Virus record (IMG/VR): IMGVR_UViG_3300008116_000002
Direction: 5' to 3' (one strand)
DNA: 64,000 bases
Source of the DNA: a virus
Taxonomy: Duplodnaviria > Caudoviricetes
This document shows, one piece after another, positions 25,591-39,241 of this stretch. Each line of letters starts with the position of its first letter. Position 1 is the first letter of the stretch. Below the pieces are notes generated by a model that searched no databases, had not been told where the DNA came from, and saw only the letters and a list, made by a program, of their open reading frames with translations. Position numbers and translations under genes: made by a program.

Positions 25591-28500
25591 ATGCAAGATT
25601 TTAGAGTAAAATCCGGACTAAGAGTCGATGGTAATGTATATGGCGTTACCAATTTAACCGTTACCTATAGCGGTTCCTTTGGTAATATTAGAGTTACCGG
25701 AGATATTGTAGGTAATGTTGTTGGCACAGTTAGTAGCTTAGCCAATCATACTACATCAAATCTTGCAGAGGGTAACAATCTATATTATACAAATGCCAGA
25801 GCATACGCTAATTTAACTTTAGCCAGTATCAATGCTCTGGCGGATGTTGATACTGTTAATGTTTCTCCGCTATTAGGATATGGATTACTTTGGGACGGTT
25901 CAAAATGGGCGCCAAACGTAATCACAGTTTCAGATACAGAATTAGCGAATGTTGCTAATAGTGTTCTTGGTATTGTACAACAATCTATTTCATCATTCCA
26001 AGCAAATGCTGCTCTCGTATCGGAAGAAGCAAACGTTGCTAATGTTGTTAGAACTTTAGCGAATTTCACTACTGCAAACTTAGCAGAAGGTACTAATCTT
26101 TACTTTACTTCTGAAAGAGTGCTAGATGCCTTAGAAGGCAATAATGTTACAGTTAATAATTTAACTGTATCTGGTGATTTAGAAGTACAAGGAAATATTG
26201 TAACTATTAATACTGCAACACTAGTTGTAGAAGATAAAAATATTCTTCTTGCGAACGGTGCAATTAATGCCGGCCAAGCTAACGGTGCAGGTATTACCAT
26301 TGCGGGTGCAAATGCATCCATTACATATGATTCAGCCAACGATCAATTTGAAACTAATAAAGATTTAGAAGTACAAGGTAATGTAAATATTGCCGCAGCA
26401 ACTGAAGCAGCAAATGGATCGACTACTGGCGCACTAACAGTTACAGGTGGCGCATATATTGCTGGTAATTTGAATGTTGCTGGTGCAATATTCTCAGAAG
26501 CAGAGCCGGTAATTAATTTAAGTGCAATGAATCAGAGCTTGGCGGTATTAAGATCGCAAGTTCTCGCACCTTCAAGTAACGTATTATATGTAAATGGCAA
26601 CGGTGATGATGCAAACGATGGTTTCTCATATGCAAACGCTCTTGCTAATATTCACACTGCATTAAATCGCGCACAACCTTGGACAACAGTTTTTGTTAAG
26701 AGCGGCGATTATGTACTTTATAATCAGCCAGTAACAATTAAGCAAAGAGTTGGTTTGGTTGGTGATAACTTAAGAACAACAACTGTTAGACCAAGTCAAG
26801 CAAACGTAGATATGTTCTACGTTGAAAACGCATCATATGTAACAGGAATTACATTTAGAGATCATATTGCACCTGCTGCAGTATTCTCATATAATCCAGA
26901 TGGTTCCGCTGGAACTATTGTAACAAGCCCGTACATCCAAAATTGCTCATCCATTACAACTACCGGTACAGGTATGCGTGTAAATGGTAATTATGTAAGC
27001 GGATTACGTTCAATGGTTTGTGATTCTTATACCAATACTAATGAAGGTGGTATAGGAATTCATATGTTGAACAGAGGCTATACTCAGTTAGTTTCTGTAT
27101 TTACTATTTGCTGTGATATTGCTGTACTTTGCGAGGATGGAGGTTTCTGTTCTATCACAAACTCCAACGCATCGTTTGGTAGATTGGGTCTATTAGCAAG
27201 AGGTGTTAGCCAGCCGCTAAACTTCGGAAAGTTCGATTCAATCGTAGATACGGATGAAGGAACCAAATATTTAATTAAGGATTTGAATTCAAGACCGAAC
27301 TATGGTGACGCAGTTCTGTTTGCCAATTACAATCAAGAAAAATGTTCTAGAGACACAGGTTTAATTGTAGATTCATTGGCATTTGATTTGGCATATCAGT
27401 CAAATACACAATCTGCTTTCTCTGGTTTACAATATTGGGCACAAGCAGAATCTGCTATTCCAAACCAGGCAGAGGAAACAATTGCCGCATTTAATTATGC
27501 TAAAGATTTAGCAACGAATGTTGCATTAAATATTACCATTACATCTCCAAGACAAGCAAATGTTACCCAAACATCTGGCACTGCTGGGGCATGGGTATCG
27601 AGAATTTCTGACGGATTTGATTTAGTTGCAAATATTATTACCGGCGGAACGATAGGTGTAACTGATAGAATTATTCCAAATGGATTCCCTGCAAATACAA
27701 ATGTAGCTGTTAATGATGCAGCCAATTTAGTTCTTCTGAACAAGTCATTTATTCAGAAAGAAGTAATTGCATTTGTTAATCAAGAATATCCAGGATTCTT
27801 TAGTAATGCAAGTAATTTTATTGATGCAGCAAATGCTGCATCAAAATGCGAAAGAGATACAGGTTACTTACTTGATAGTATAGTATTTGACTTCCTACAT
27901 AATGGTAATAGACAAGCTATTACTTCGGGTGTATATTATTATAATAATGATTTCAATACTACACAAATTGCCAATCAAATTCCGCAAACAACTGCGGCAT
28001 ATGATTTTATTGGATCCATAGTTGATGATATTGTAAGAAATAAAAAGGTTGCGGCATATAATCAAGAAAAATGTGAAAGAGATACTGGTCTAATCGTAGA
28101 TTCTCTAGCATTTGATTTAGCTTATAATAGTAATACGCAATCCAACTTCGCAGGTTTACAATACTGGTCTCAGACATCTTCGGCAATCCCTAACCAGTCT
28201 GAAGAAACTGTGGCAGCAATTAATCATGCCAAAGTATTAGCTGCAAATGTTGCACAAAATATTACTATTGCTTCTCCAAAGCAAGCTAATATTCTGCAAG
28301 TATCTGGTACAGGTGGTAGCGCACTAGAGTCAAATACAATTACTAATAATTATAACTTAATTATTGATATTATTAATAATGGAACTGTTGGTGTAACTGA
28401 TAGAATTGTTCCTAACAGATTCCCCGCTAATTCTGATGTAAATGTTAATAATGCTGCGAATTTAATTCTTTTGAATAGATCATTTATCCAGGCAGAAACA

Positions 28501-29736
28501 ATTGCGTATATAAATCAAACATACCCAGGATTCTTTGCTAACGCTAATAACTTTATTGATCCTGTAAATGCAGAAGCAAAATGTTCAAGAGACGTTGGAT
28601 TCATTTTAGATAGCGTAGCTTTTGATTTAAGACATGATGGTAATAGACAATCGATTCAATCGGGTGTGTTCTACTATAACTTCAGTGCAAACACAACTCA
28701 AATTAATGATCAGATTGTACAGACCGGCGCAGCATATAATTTTATTGGTAGTATCATAGATGAGGTTGTAAGAGGAGTTCCTGTAGCAAATGTAAGGCAA
28801 AATGTCTATACTCAAAATACTACAGCAGCGACTGCCGCAACCTTTGAAGAAGCAAACATTGTTCTGCAGAAAATTAGTTTAATTAATAATATTATTACTA
28901 GTGGGCCAAATGTTGCTCTGGCCAAAACATCATTAAGCGGAAATGTTATTACAATCTCCACAAATGTGTCAAATGCAGTTAAATTAATTTTAGCAAACAA
29001 AGATTTTATTAGAGCAGAGACAATTGAATTTGTAAATGCTACATTGTTCGATCCTCCGTATCAGTCTGTTTATAGACAAAATACTACAGCTTTCCCTGCG
29101 GCAAGTTTAACCGAAGCAAACTTAGTATTAAATAATATAGATCTAATTACAAATATTATTGAGAATGGTGCAAATGCTGCTCCTGCTAGAAGACCAATAT
29201 CTTATAGTACGTTAAGTAATGACTCAAATGTAATTAATGCAGCTAAAATTATTCTATCTAATAGAGACTTTATTGTTGCAGAAGTAAATGGATACATTAA
29301 TAGAAATTGGGCAAATATTAGTAATGGAACAGTTGCTTTCTATACAGTAGCTAACAGCACACCGCTTGTAGGAAATACTTCGTTAGTTACTTTCCTTGAG
29401 GGTGCGATAGAAGATATTACTCCGATAGCAAATTCTACAGTGAGTTTCCATCAACCAAGTTATATTTCTGCGTTGGGTTACACATTTGAATATATTGGTT
29501 CGGGCACTAATTTACAAACGGCATTACCGTATAATGGCGGATTCCCGATTCAAGAAAATGAAGTTACTGAAGAAAAAGGCGGAAGAGTTTATTTCACAAG
29601 TACAGACCAACAGGGCGACTTTAGAATTGGTACAGAACTAGTTTTCAATAGAGTAGATGGAACAATTTCAGGTAGAACATTTACCAAGGCATTGTTCTCA
29701 GTTATGACACCATATATATTAGCAGTCGAAGGATAA
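25591..29736 (+). CDS. large structural protein, paralog of 15099, with four KCxRDxG helical repeats
   Basis: 1381 aa; shares SPYIQNCSSITTTGTG and GDFRIG...MTPYILA with 15099; internal duplication of YNQEKCxRDTGLIVDSLAFDLAY. Confidence 0.65.
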   Translation: MQDFRVKSGLRVDGNVYGVTNLTVTYSGSFGNIRVTGDIVGNVVGTVSSLANHTTSNLAEGNNLYYTNARAYANLTLASINALADVDTVNVSPLLGYGLLWDGSKWAPNVITVSDTELANVANSVLGIVQQSISSFQANAALVSEEANVANVVRTLANFTTANLAEGTNLYFTSERVLDALEGNNVTVNNLTVSGDLEVQGNIVTINTATLVVEDKNILLANGAINAGQANGAGITIAGANASITYDSANDQFETNKDLEVQGNVNIAAATEAANGSTTGALTVTGGAYIAGNLNVAGAIFSEAEPVINLSAMNQSLAVLRSQVLAPSSNVLYVNGNGDDANDGFSYANALANIHTALNRAQPWTTVFVKSGDYVLYNQPVTIKQRVGLVGDNLRTTTVRPSQANVDMFYVENASYVTGITFRDHIAPAAVFSYNPDGSAGTIVTSPYIQNCSSITTTGTGMRVNGNYVSGLRSMVCDSYTNTNEGGIGIHMLNRGYTQLVSVFTICCDIAVLCEDGGFCSITNSNASFGRLGLLARGVSQPLNFGKFDSIVDTDEGTKYLIKDLNSRPNYGDAVLFANYNQEKCSRDTGLIVDSLAFDLAYQSNTQSAFSGLQYWAQAESAIPNQAEETIAAFNYAKDLATNVALNITITSPRQANVTQTSGTAGAWVSRISDGFDLVANIITGGTIGVTDRIIPNGFPANTNVAVNDAANLVLLNKSFIQKEVIAFVNQEYPGFFSNASNFIDAANAASKCERDTGYLLDSIVFDFLHNGNRQAITSGVYYYNNDFNTTQIANQIPQTTAAYDFIGSIVDDIVRNKKVAAYNQEKCERDTGLIVDSLAFDLAYNSNTQSNFAGLQYWSQTSSAIPNQSEETVAAINHAKVLAANVAQNITIASPKQANILQVSGTGGSALESNTITNNYNLIIDIINNGTVGVTDRIVPNRFPANSDVNVNNAANLILLNRSFIQAETIAYINQTYPGFFANANNFIDPVNAEAKCSRDVGFILDSVAFDLRHDGNRQSIQSGVFYYNFSANTTQINDQIVQTGAAYNFIGSIIDEVVRGVPVANVRQNVYTQNTTAATAATFEEANIVLQKISLINNIITSGPNVALAKTSLSGNVITISTNVSNAVKLILANKDFIRAETIEFVNATLFDPPYQSVYRQNTTAFPAASLTEANLVLNNIDLITNIIENGANAAPARRPISYSTLSNDSNVINAAKIILSNRDFIVAEVNGYINRNWANISNGTVAFYTVANSTPLVGNTSLVTFLEGAIEDITPIANSTVSFHQPSYISALGYTFEYIGSGTNLQTALPYNGGFPIQENEVTEEKGGRVYFTSTDQQGDFRIGTELVFNRVDGTISGRTFTKALFSVMTPYILAVEG

Positions 29737-29742
29737 AATCAA

Positions 29743-30084
29743 ATGGCAACCGCATTAAACGTATTCAGAACAGTTACAGCAGACCTTACAACCGAAGATA
29801 AGTTGTTATATACTGCACCAAGCAGAAAAACATCTATTTTCCTTTCGGTTCAGGCTACTAATCTAACTAATAATACTGTTCAAGTATCTTTTTATCATGG
29901 ATCAACTGCAAATGTAAAGACTGCTCTTGCTAAAAACTTCAAAATTCCAACAGGCGATTCTATGGCAGTTATCAGCGCGGGTGCTAAGTTGGTGTTAGAA
30001 ACAGGACAAAAAGTATATTCAAGCGCAAGCGCAAACAATTCAGTTCAATTAGTAATGAGCGTACTAGAATCAGCAAATGACTAA
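29743..30084 (+). CDS. small beta-rich structural protein
   Basis: MATALNVFRTV...LLYTAP...KLVLETGQ; paralog of 18013. Confidence 0.6.
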   Translation: MATALNVFRTVTADLTTEDKLLYTAPSRKTSIFLSVQATNLTNNTVQVSFYHGSTANVKTALAKNFKIPTGDSMAVISAGAKLVLETGQKVYSSASANNSVQLVMSVLESAND

Positions 30085-33000
30085 ACTAATATCGGGAAGA
30101 ATTGCTAAAGTAGACAGCGCTAATGTCAGTGCTGATCGTTATCAATTCATAGAGCTTTCAGAAACAGAACCAGATTTAGGCCTACCTTCTGAGTTAGGTC
30201 AAATATTCACCTCAGACTTATCCGGTAACAGATATTGGGTTCGTTTAGATACTGCAAACGTAACAGAACTTAATAATCTATATTTTACCAATACTAGAGT
30301 TATAAGTGCTCTTGTTGGTGCAAATGTATCTTTAAATAATTTAATTGTATCCGGTGATCTAGAAGTACAAGGCAATCTTGTAACTTTAAATGTGGTTTCC
30401 GTTTCAATTGAAGATAAGAATTTATTACTGGCAAATGGTGCCACTAATTCAGCCGCAGCAGATGGCGCAGGAATCACTATTGCGGGTGCTAATGCTGAAA
30501 TAACATATCAAAATACCGGCGATAGAATTAATTTCAACAAACCGGTTAATGTTCAAGGCAATTTAACGATCGATGGTTCGTTTGTTGGCAATGGCTTAAT
30601 AATTAGAAACATTGCTGTTACTGATGAAATATTAACAGGAAATATTTTAGGTCAAGGGTTTACATCTAATACAATTGTTGTATCCGAAACCTTAACTGGT
30701 AATATAATCACTGCAAATGTAGTAACTTCAAAAGAATGGTATGGCATTTATACTGCCAACGTACTAGAAACTTCGGGCAACCTGTACTATACAAATGATA
30801 GAGTATTCTCATTTGTAACAGGAATGTCTATAGGTGACCTTGTAGATGTTGCAAATATCTATACCCACAATGGCGGAGCTTATGTAGGTATACAGGAAGG
30901 ACAAGCTTTAGTTTGGGATGGTAATGTATTTATTCCAGTATTCGTTAATAGTGAAGTTGCAAACGTAGCAGATCTTGCTGTTAAGGTTCTAAATTTAGAA
31001 AATCAAACTACTGCCAATGTCCGTGAAGCAGCATCCAATCTATACTTTACAAATACTAGAGTATTAGATGCGATTTCACTTGCAACTATTAATCCAAATA
31101 ATATTAACGCAAATAATATTGTTGTAGATAGTATTACTGCAAATATTTGGAACAGAATATATACGGCAAATGTAATTGAAACTGCAGGTAATTTATATTT
31201 TACCACACAAAGAGCTAGAAGTTCCGTTTCAAACAGTACAGGTGTTTATTATAGTTCAGACAATGGGGTGTTCTCAATTGGACAAGATGTTGCAATAACA
31301 TCCGATGTTCAATTTAGAGATTTAACACTATCAGGTAATTTATTCATATTAGGTAATGTCGCAATTATTGCAGCCAATACCTTAGAAATTAATGATCCGA
31401 TTATACATCTTGGTTTAGGTAATCCAGGTGATCAGTGGGATATTGGATTCGTTGGGCATTATGTAGACGCCGGGGACAGACACACAGGTCTCTTTAGAGA
31501 TGCAACTGATAAGAAATTTAAATTTTTCAGCAATACAACTGTAGATCCTAGTAATGTAAATTATATCGATACTACTGAAGATTCATTTAGATTAGCTTCA
31601 GTTGTTGCAGAGACATTTGAAGGTAATGTAATTGGTACTGTAAGCAGTATCGCCAATCATAATACTGATGCTCTTGCTGAAGGCGTAAATAACCTTTACT
31701 ATACCAATGCAAGAACTGTCCAAACAGTAACACCATTATTAACTACTGCAAATGTAGTAGAATTAACTAATCAATATTTTACTAACGTTAGAGTTCTACA
31801 AGCAGTAGAACCAAGATTAACTACTGCAAATGTAGTAGAATTAACTAATCAATATTTTACTAACGTTAGAGTTCTACAAGCAGTAGAACCAAGATTAACT
31901 ACTGCTAATGTAACAGAACTAGATAATCTATATTTTACCAATGCTCGTGTTCTAGCTAATGTAGAACAAATGAGTGTTAATGTGTTTGCTGATGTTGATA
32001 TTTCAGGTGTTGCTGTAAATGCAACATTAGTTTGGGATGGTACGAAGTTTGTTCCAGGTTCTACAGATACGTCTTTAAGATCTAACTTCGCAAATGCTGC
32101 AACTTTTGCTAACATTGCAGGATCATCTAATGTTGCCCTACTTGCAGACTTAGCTAATTTAGTATCTTCGTTAAGTAATCATAATACTTCGAATCTTGCT
32201 GAAGGTACTAACTTATATTATACAAATAGTAGAGTTTTATCAGCATTAGTTTTTGCAAATGTTTTAGTTGCGGATTTAACAGCAGCAGGTAATCTTGTTG
32301 CAAATGGTCTAATCATCCGCGGTATTAATGTTAATGATAATTTTCTGACGGGCAATATTAACATTACGAATATTGCCGCAGCAAATGTAATTAATGCAAA
32401 TATTATTTCTGCGCAGCAATGGCAAGGAATTTATACTGCCAATGTAATTGAATCGCCAACAAATTTATACTTTACTAATACCAGAGCAATTTCTGTAGTA
32501 ACGCCTTTATTAACTACGGCGAATGTAAATGAATTTGGATCGAATCTTTACTTTACACCTGAAAGAGTAGTTCAGACAGTAACGCCTTTATTAACTACGG
32601 CGAATGTAAATGAATTTGGATCGAATCTTTACTTTACACCTGAAAGAGTAGTTCAGACAGTAACGCCTTTATTAACTACAGCAAACGTAAATGAAACAGG
32701 TGCAAATCTATATTTTACCCCTACAAGAGTAGTTCAAACAGTAACGCCTCTATTAACTACAGCAAACGTAAATGAAACAGGTGCAAATCTATATTTTACA
32801 AATGCGAGAGTTTTAGCTTCTCTTGTTAATGCAAATGTTCTAGTTGCAGATTTAACAGCAGCAGGTAATTTAGTAGCAAATGGTTTAATTATTCGCGGTA
32901 TTAATGTTACTGATGCTGTACTAACAGGCAATCTTACCGTTACTAATATTACAAATGGTAATGTAATTATTGCGAATGTTATTTCTTCACAAGTTTGGCA

Positions 33001-34483
33001 GAATTTATATTCCGGCAACATAATTGAATCCACAAATCTATTCTTCTCAAATGCAAGAGTAAATGTAGCAGTTCGTCCGATGATGACGACTGCAAATGTG
33101 GTAGAAAAGGATAACCTATATTTTACAATTCAACGAGTATTTGATACCTTATCATATGCAAATTTAGGATTAAACAATCTAACAGTTATCGGTGATTTAG
33201 AAGTACTTGGGAATACCGTTACTCTAAATACCGGTATTCTTACTGTTGAAGATAAAAACATTACGCTGGCAAATGGATCTACTTCTGCTGCGGTAGCAGA
33301 TGGTGCAGGTATTCATGTCGCCGGCGCCGGCGCCAATATCATTTATGAAGTCGCAGGTGATGTTTGGGGCTTTAATAAAGATATTAGAGTTACCGGCAAT
33401 ATAATTGCAACCGCAAACTTAATTGCGAATGGCTTAATAATCAGAAACATTAACGTATCTGATACTGTTCTTGCAGGTAACGTAACAGGTACGGCTGTTA
33501 CTGGAGCAAATTTATTAGCTGATAGTGTAACAGCTAATATTTGGAATAGATTATATACTGCAAATGTAATTGAAACTGCAGGTAATTTATATTTCACAAC
33601 TGCAAGGGCAAGAGCATCCTTTACTGCTGGCGAAAATGTTACGATTACTGATGGTGAAATTTCAGCACAATTAGGATCTACAGTTGTAGTTAATGATAGC
33701 ACAACAGTTGTGGCTGCAGCAAATACTTTAACCTATTCAATGGGTAGAAATATAACTGATCCAAGAAACGTATTAGTTATTATCGAAGGTTTATTGCAGA
33801 TACCTACAACAGATTATACTGTTAGTGGTTCTAGTTTAACATTAACCTCGCAGCCTCCGGTTGGTACTAGTATTGAAATAAGATTCTTTGGTACTGAGGC
33901 ATTTAGATCTACTACACCATCAACACTTGCTACAGTTAATACATTTGTTGGTAACGGAGCAAATTCTAGTTTCAATTTAACAGTTAGTCCTCCAAGTAAA
34001 TCATATGTTACCGTAGTTATTGACGGTGTTACGCAATTAGCTGAAGCATATGAAATAGTAGGTACAACTTTAATTTTAGATGAAGCACCAGATAATTCTG
34101 CAAATATTGATGTAAGAATTATAACCGGTGTTGGTACAGGTGCATTCAACACCAGAACATTTAATGGCGACGGTGCCAATACTAATTTTACAATTACTTC
34201 AGGGTTTTCCAACGATACTATACTTGTATTTGAGAATGGTGTTGCGCAGGTACCTGTTACCGATTATAATGTTTCAGGAACCACATTACAATTTACAACA
34301 GCACCCGCACCAAATGTAATTGTTCAAATTAGGGAATTAGGAGTGGTTCCGAACGTAAGTCAACAATCTAATAATTTAGTTTTTGTTATGGCAAATTCAT
34401 TACATTGGCAAGGCGAAACTATTACAACAGTTTCTGCAGCATTAAATCAATTAGCAGCTAGACTATACACCGCAGGTTATTAA
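30077..34483 (+). CDS. long repeat-rich tail-fibre-like protein
   Basis: 1468 aa; about 17 TANVxExxNLYFTxxR repeats; three C-terminal F.GDGA.T.F/VxxDGVxQ beta modules. Confidence 0.65.
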   Translation: MTKLISGRIAKVDSANVSADRYQFIELSETEPDLGLPSELGQIFTSDLSGNRYWVRLDTANVTELNNLYFTNTRVISALVGANVSLNNLIVSGDLEVQGNLVTLNVVSVSIEDKNLLLANGATNSAAADGAGITIAGANAEITYQNTGDRINFNKPVNVQGNLTIDGSFVGNGLIIRNIAVTDEILTGNILGQGFTSNTIVVSETLTGNIITANVVTSKEWYGIYTANVLETSGNLYYTNDRVFSFVTGMSIGDLVDVANIYTHNGGAYVGIQEGQALVWDGNVFIPVFVNSEVANVADLAVKVLNLENQTTANVREAASNLYFTNTRVLDAISLATINPNNINANNIVVDSITANIWNRIYTANVIETAGNLYFTTQRARSSVSNSTGVYYSSDNGVFSIGQDVAITSDVQFRDLTLSGNLFILGNVAIIAANTLEINDPIIHLGLGNPGDQWDIGFVGHYVDAGDRHTGLFRDATDKKFKFFSNTTVDPSNVNYIDTTEDSFRLASVVAETFEGNVIGTVSSIANHNTDALAEGVNNLYYTNARTVQTVTPLLTTANVVELTNQYFTNVRVLQAVEPRLTTANVVELTNQYFTNVRVLQAVEPRLTTANVTELDNLYFTNARVLANVEQMSVNVFADVDISGVAVNATLVWDGTKFVPGSTDTSLRSNFANAATFANIAGSSNVALLADLANLVSSLSNHNTSNLAEGTNLYYTNSRVLSALVFANVLVADLTAAGNLVANGLIIRGINVNDNFLTGNINITNIAAANVINANIISAQQWQGIYTANVIESPTNLYFTNTRAISVVTPLLTTANVNEFGSNLYFTPERVVQTVTPLLTTANVNEFGSNLYFTPERVVQTVTPLLTTANVNETGANLYFTPTRVVQTVTPLLTTANVNETGANLYFTNARVLASLVNANVLVADLTAAGNLVANGLIIRGINVTDAVLTGNLTVTNITNGNVIIANVISSQVWQNLYSGNIIESTNLFFSNARVNVAVRPMMTTANVVEKDNLYFTIQRVFDTLSYANLGLNNLTVIGDLEVLGNTVTLNTGILTVEDKNITLANGSTSAAVADGAGIHVAGAGANIIYEVAGDVWGFNKDIRVTGNIIATANLIANGLIIRNINVSDTVLAGNVTGTAVTGANLLADSVTANIWNRLYTANVIETAGNLYFTTARARASFTAGENVTITDGEISAQLGSTVVVNDSTTVVAAANTLTYSMGRNITDPRNVLVIIEGLLQIPTTDYTVSGSSLTLTSQPPVGTSIEIRFFGTEAFRSTTPSTLATVNTFVGNGANSSFNLTVSPPSKSYVTVVIDGVTQLAEAYEIVGTTLILDEAPDNSANIDVRIITGVGTGAFNTRTFNGDGANTNFTITSGFSNDTILVFENGVAQVPVTDYNVSGTTLQFTTAPAPNVIVQIRELGVVPNVSQQSNNLVFVMANSLHWQGETITTVSAALNQLAARLYTAGY
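31739..31905 (+). repeat. exact 78-bp tandem duplication (about 2.1 copies), in frame
   Basis: TTAACTACTGCAAATGTAGTAGAA...GAACCAAGA at 31739 and 31817. Confidence 0.9.
32498..32800 (+). repeat. 81-bp tandem repeat, about 4 copies in A-A-B-B pattern
   Basis: Units start at 32498, 32579, 32660, 32741 (VTPLLTTANVNE...NLYFT). Confidence 0.9.
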
Positions 34484-34498
34484 ACATAAATAATTTAT

Positions 34499-34909
34499 AT
34501 GGCAAGAAGAATAAGCAGATTACAAATAGAAACAAGTGCAGCTAGTAACAATGACATACTGGTTGTGGAGGCTGGCGACTTTGTTTTTAAGAATCTTGCC
34601 AATGTCTACGCTGGCATTAGTCCAAATTCAAATGTGGAAGGTAATATTAGATTTACCGGTTCGGTAACTGCTAATTCTTTTGCTTCTGCAGGCACGGGTA
34701 CTCCCACAGTAAGTTCTGAAACAAGTATTAATCTAAGTGCTAATGGTGCAAATGGTGGCGCAGTAGTAGTACAAAATTCAGCCTTAAGATTAAGATCATA
34801 TTCTACTGGAAATTTATCCTCTCTTACTGCAGTTGAGGGAGATCTAGTTTACAATAATACAACTAAAACTCTCCAATTTTATAATGGTACAGTTTGGGCA
34901 AACGTCTAA
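34499..34909 (+). CDS. short fibre-associated protein
   Basis: C-terminal GDLVYNNTTKTLQFYNGTVW, same module family as the 54-61 kb genes. Confidence 0.6.
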   Translation: MARRISRLQIETSAASNNDILVVEAGDFVFKNLANVYAGISPNSNVEGNIRFTGSVTANSFASAGTGTPTVSSETSINLSANGANGGAVVVQNSALRLRSYSTGNLSSLTAVEGDLVYNNTTKTLQFYNGTVWANV

Positions 34910-34928
34910 GAATTAGATAAAGAATCAA

Positions 34929-38170
<3,242 letters not shown>

Positions 38171-38171
<1 letters not shown>

Positions 38172-39241
38172 TGGCTCTTTTAAATGACGGAGAAATTAGT
38201 CTAGGTGGTAGTTCTACAGGTAGATCTATAAATTTAGAATTAAGCAAATTACCCGCAGCCATAGTTAGTCTTAATGATTCGGATGTACGAAGTCTAGCCG
38301 GCATTCTATCCGGCACTATTTCCCTAGAAAATTTTTACGGTAAATCTGTCTACATATATGGGCAGGAAGAATTTACCTCGGCTGGAACCTACACCTGGGT
38401 TTGTCCAGAAGGAGTTACCGCAGTATCTGTTTTATGCATAGGCGGTGGCGGCGGCGGTGATGCAGGTTCTGATCTTATTGGCGTAGGTGGAGGCGGCGGT
38501 GGCGGCGGTCTTGCCTACAGAAATAATATTTCCGTTATACCAGGACAAAGCTATACCATAGTTGTAGGTGCAGGCGGATTCGGTCAGATTACAGTGAATA
38601 GAGTAACTACACAAGTAAGTACAGATGGTGGACAATCTAGCGCATTTTCCTGCATTGCGACGGGCGGGGCAAAAGGTGCCAGAACTGCTGCCACAGTCGT
38701 AATTGGTTCAACCGCGGATGGCGATGGTGGGGGAAGATCGGGAGTATTTAATGGTGGGGCATCAGGCGGAGTAGGTGGTTCAATCGACACTTCCGTTTTA
38801 GGATTTAGAGGACCTGGGGGTGGCGGAGCTGCAGGTTATACTGGCACAGGAGGCTATGGCGCACGTGGTCAAAGGGCATCTGGCACACCAACTTCTGCTG
38901 CAGGATTTGCTGGAGGACCAGGAGCAGGTGGCGGCGCAGGCGGTGGAGGCTCAGCTTTTAGAAGCGATGTTGTTAGAGTAGCCACCGGAGCAGGTGGAGG
39001 TGGTGTAGGAATTTATGGCGCAGGTCCCAATGGCGCAGGTGGCACGGGTGGTTCCTCAACCGTAGCTGCGGTGGATGGTGGTGATGGTTCAAGTGGTTCT
39101 TTTGGCTATTATGGTGCAGGTGGAGGTGGAGGAGTAGGTGGAGATTCTAGATCAGCACAGGACGGAAAAAACGGTGCGGTAAGAATTATTTGGCCTGGTC
39201 AATTAAGAGCATTCCCACAAACAATTACAGAAAATGTATAA
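38171..39241 (+). CDS. glycine-rich fibre-tip/adhesin-like protein (gp38-like arrangement)
   Basis: Overlaps the fibre stop; N-terminal GEISL...SLAG..SGTISLENFYGKS adaptor-like segment, then many poly-Gly runs. Confidence 0.6.

Noticed and set aside
25591-29736. Calling the KCxRD repeats a photosynthetic phycobiliprotein AMG
   Set aside because: Motifs are embedded in a 1381-aa structural protein; no lyase, bilin reductase or other cyanobacterial markers in the window
31739-32800. Direct repeats as a possible CRISPR array
   Set aside because: Repeats are 78-81 bp, contiguous with no unique spacers, in frame inside a CDS; no cas genes
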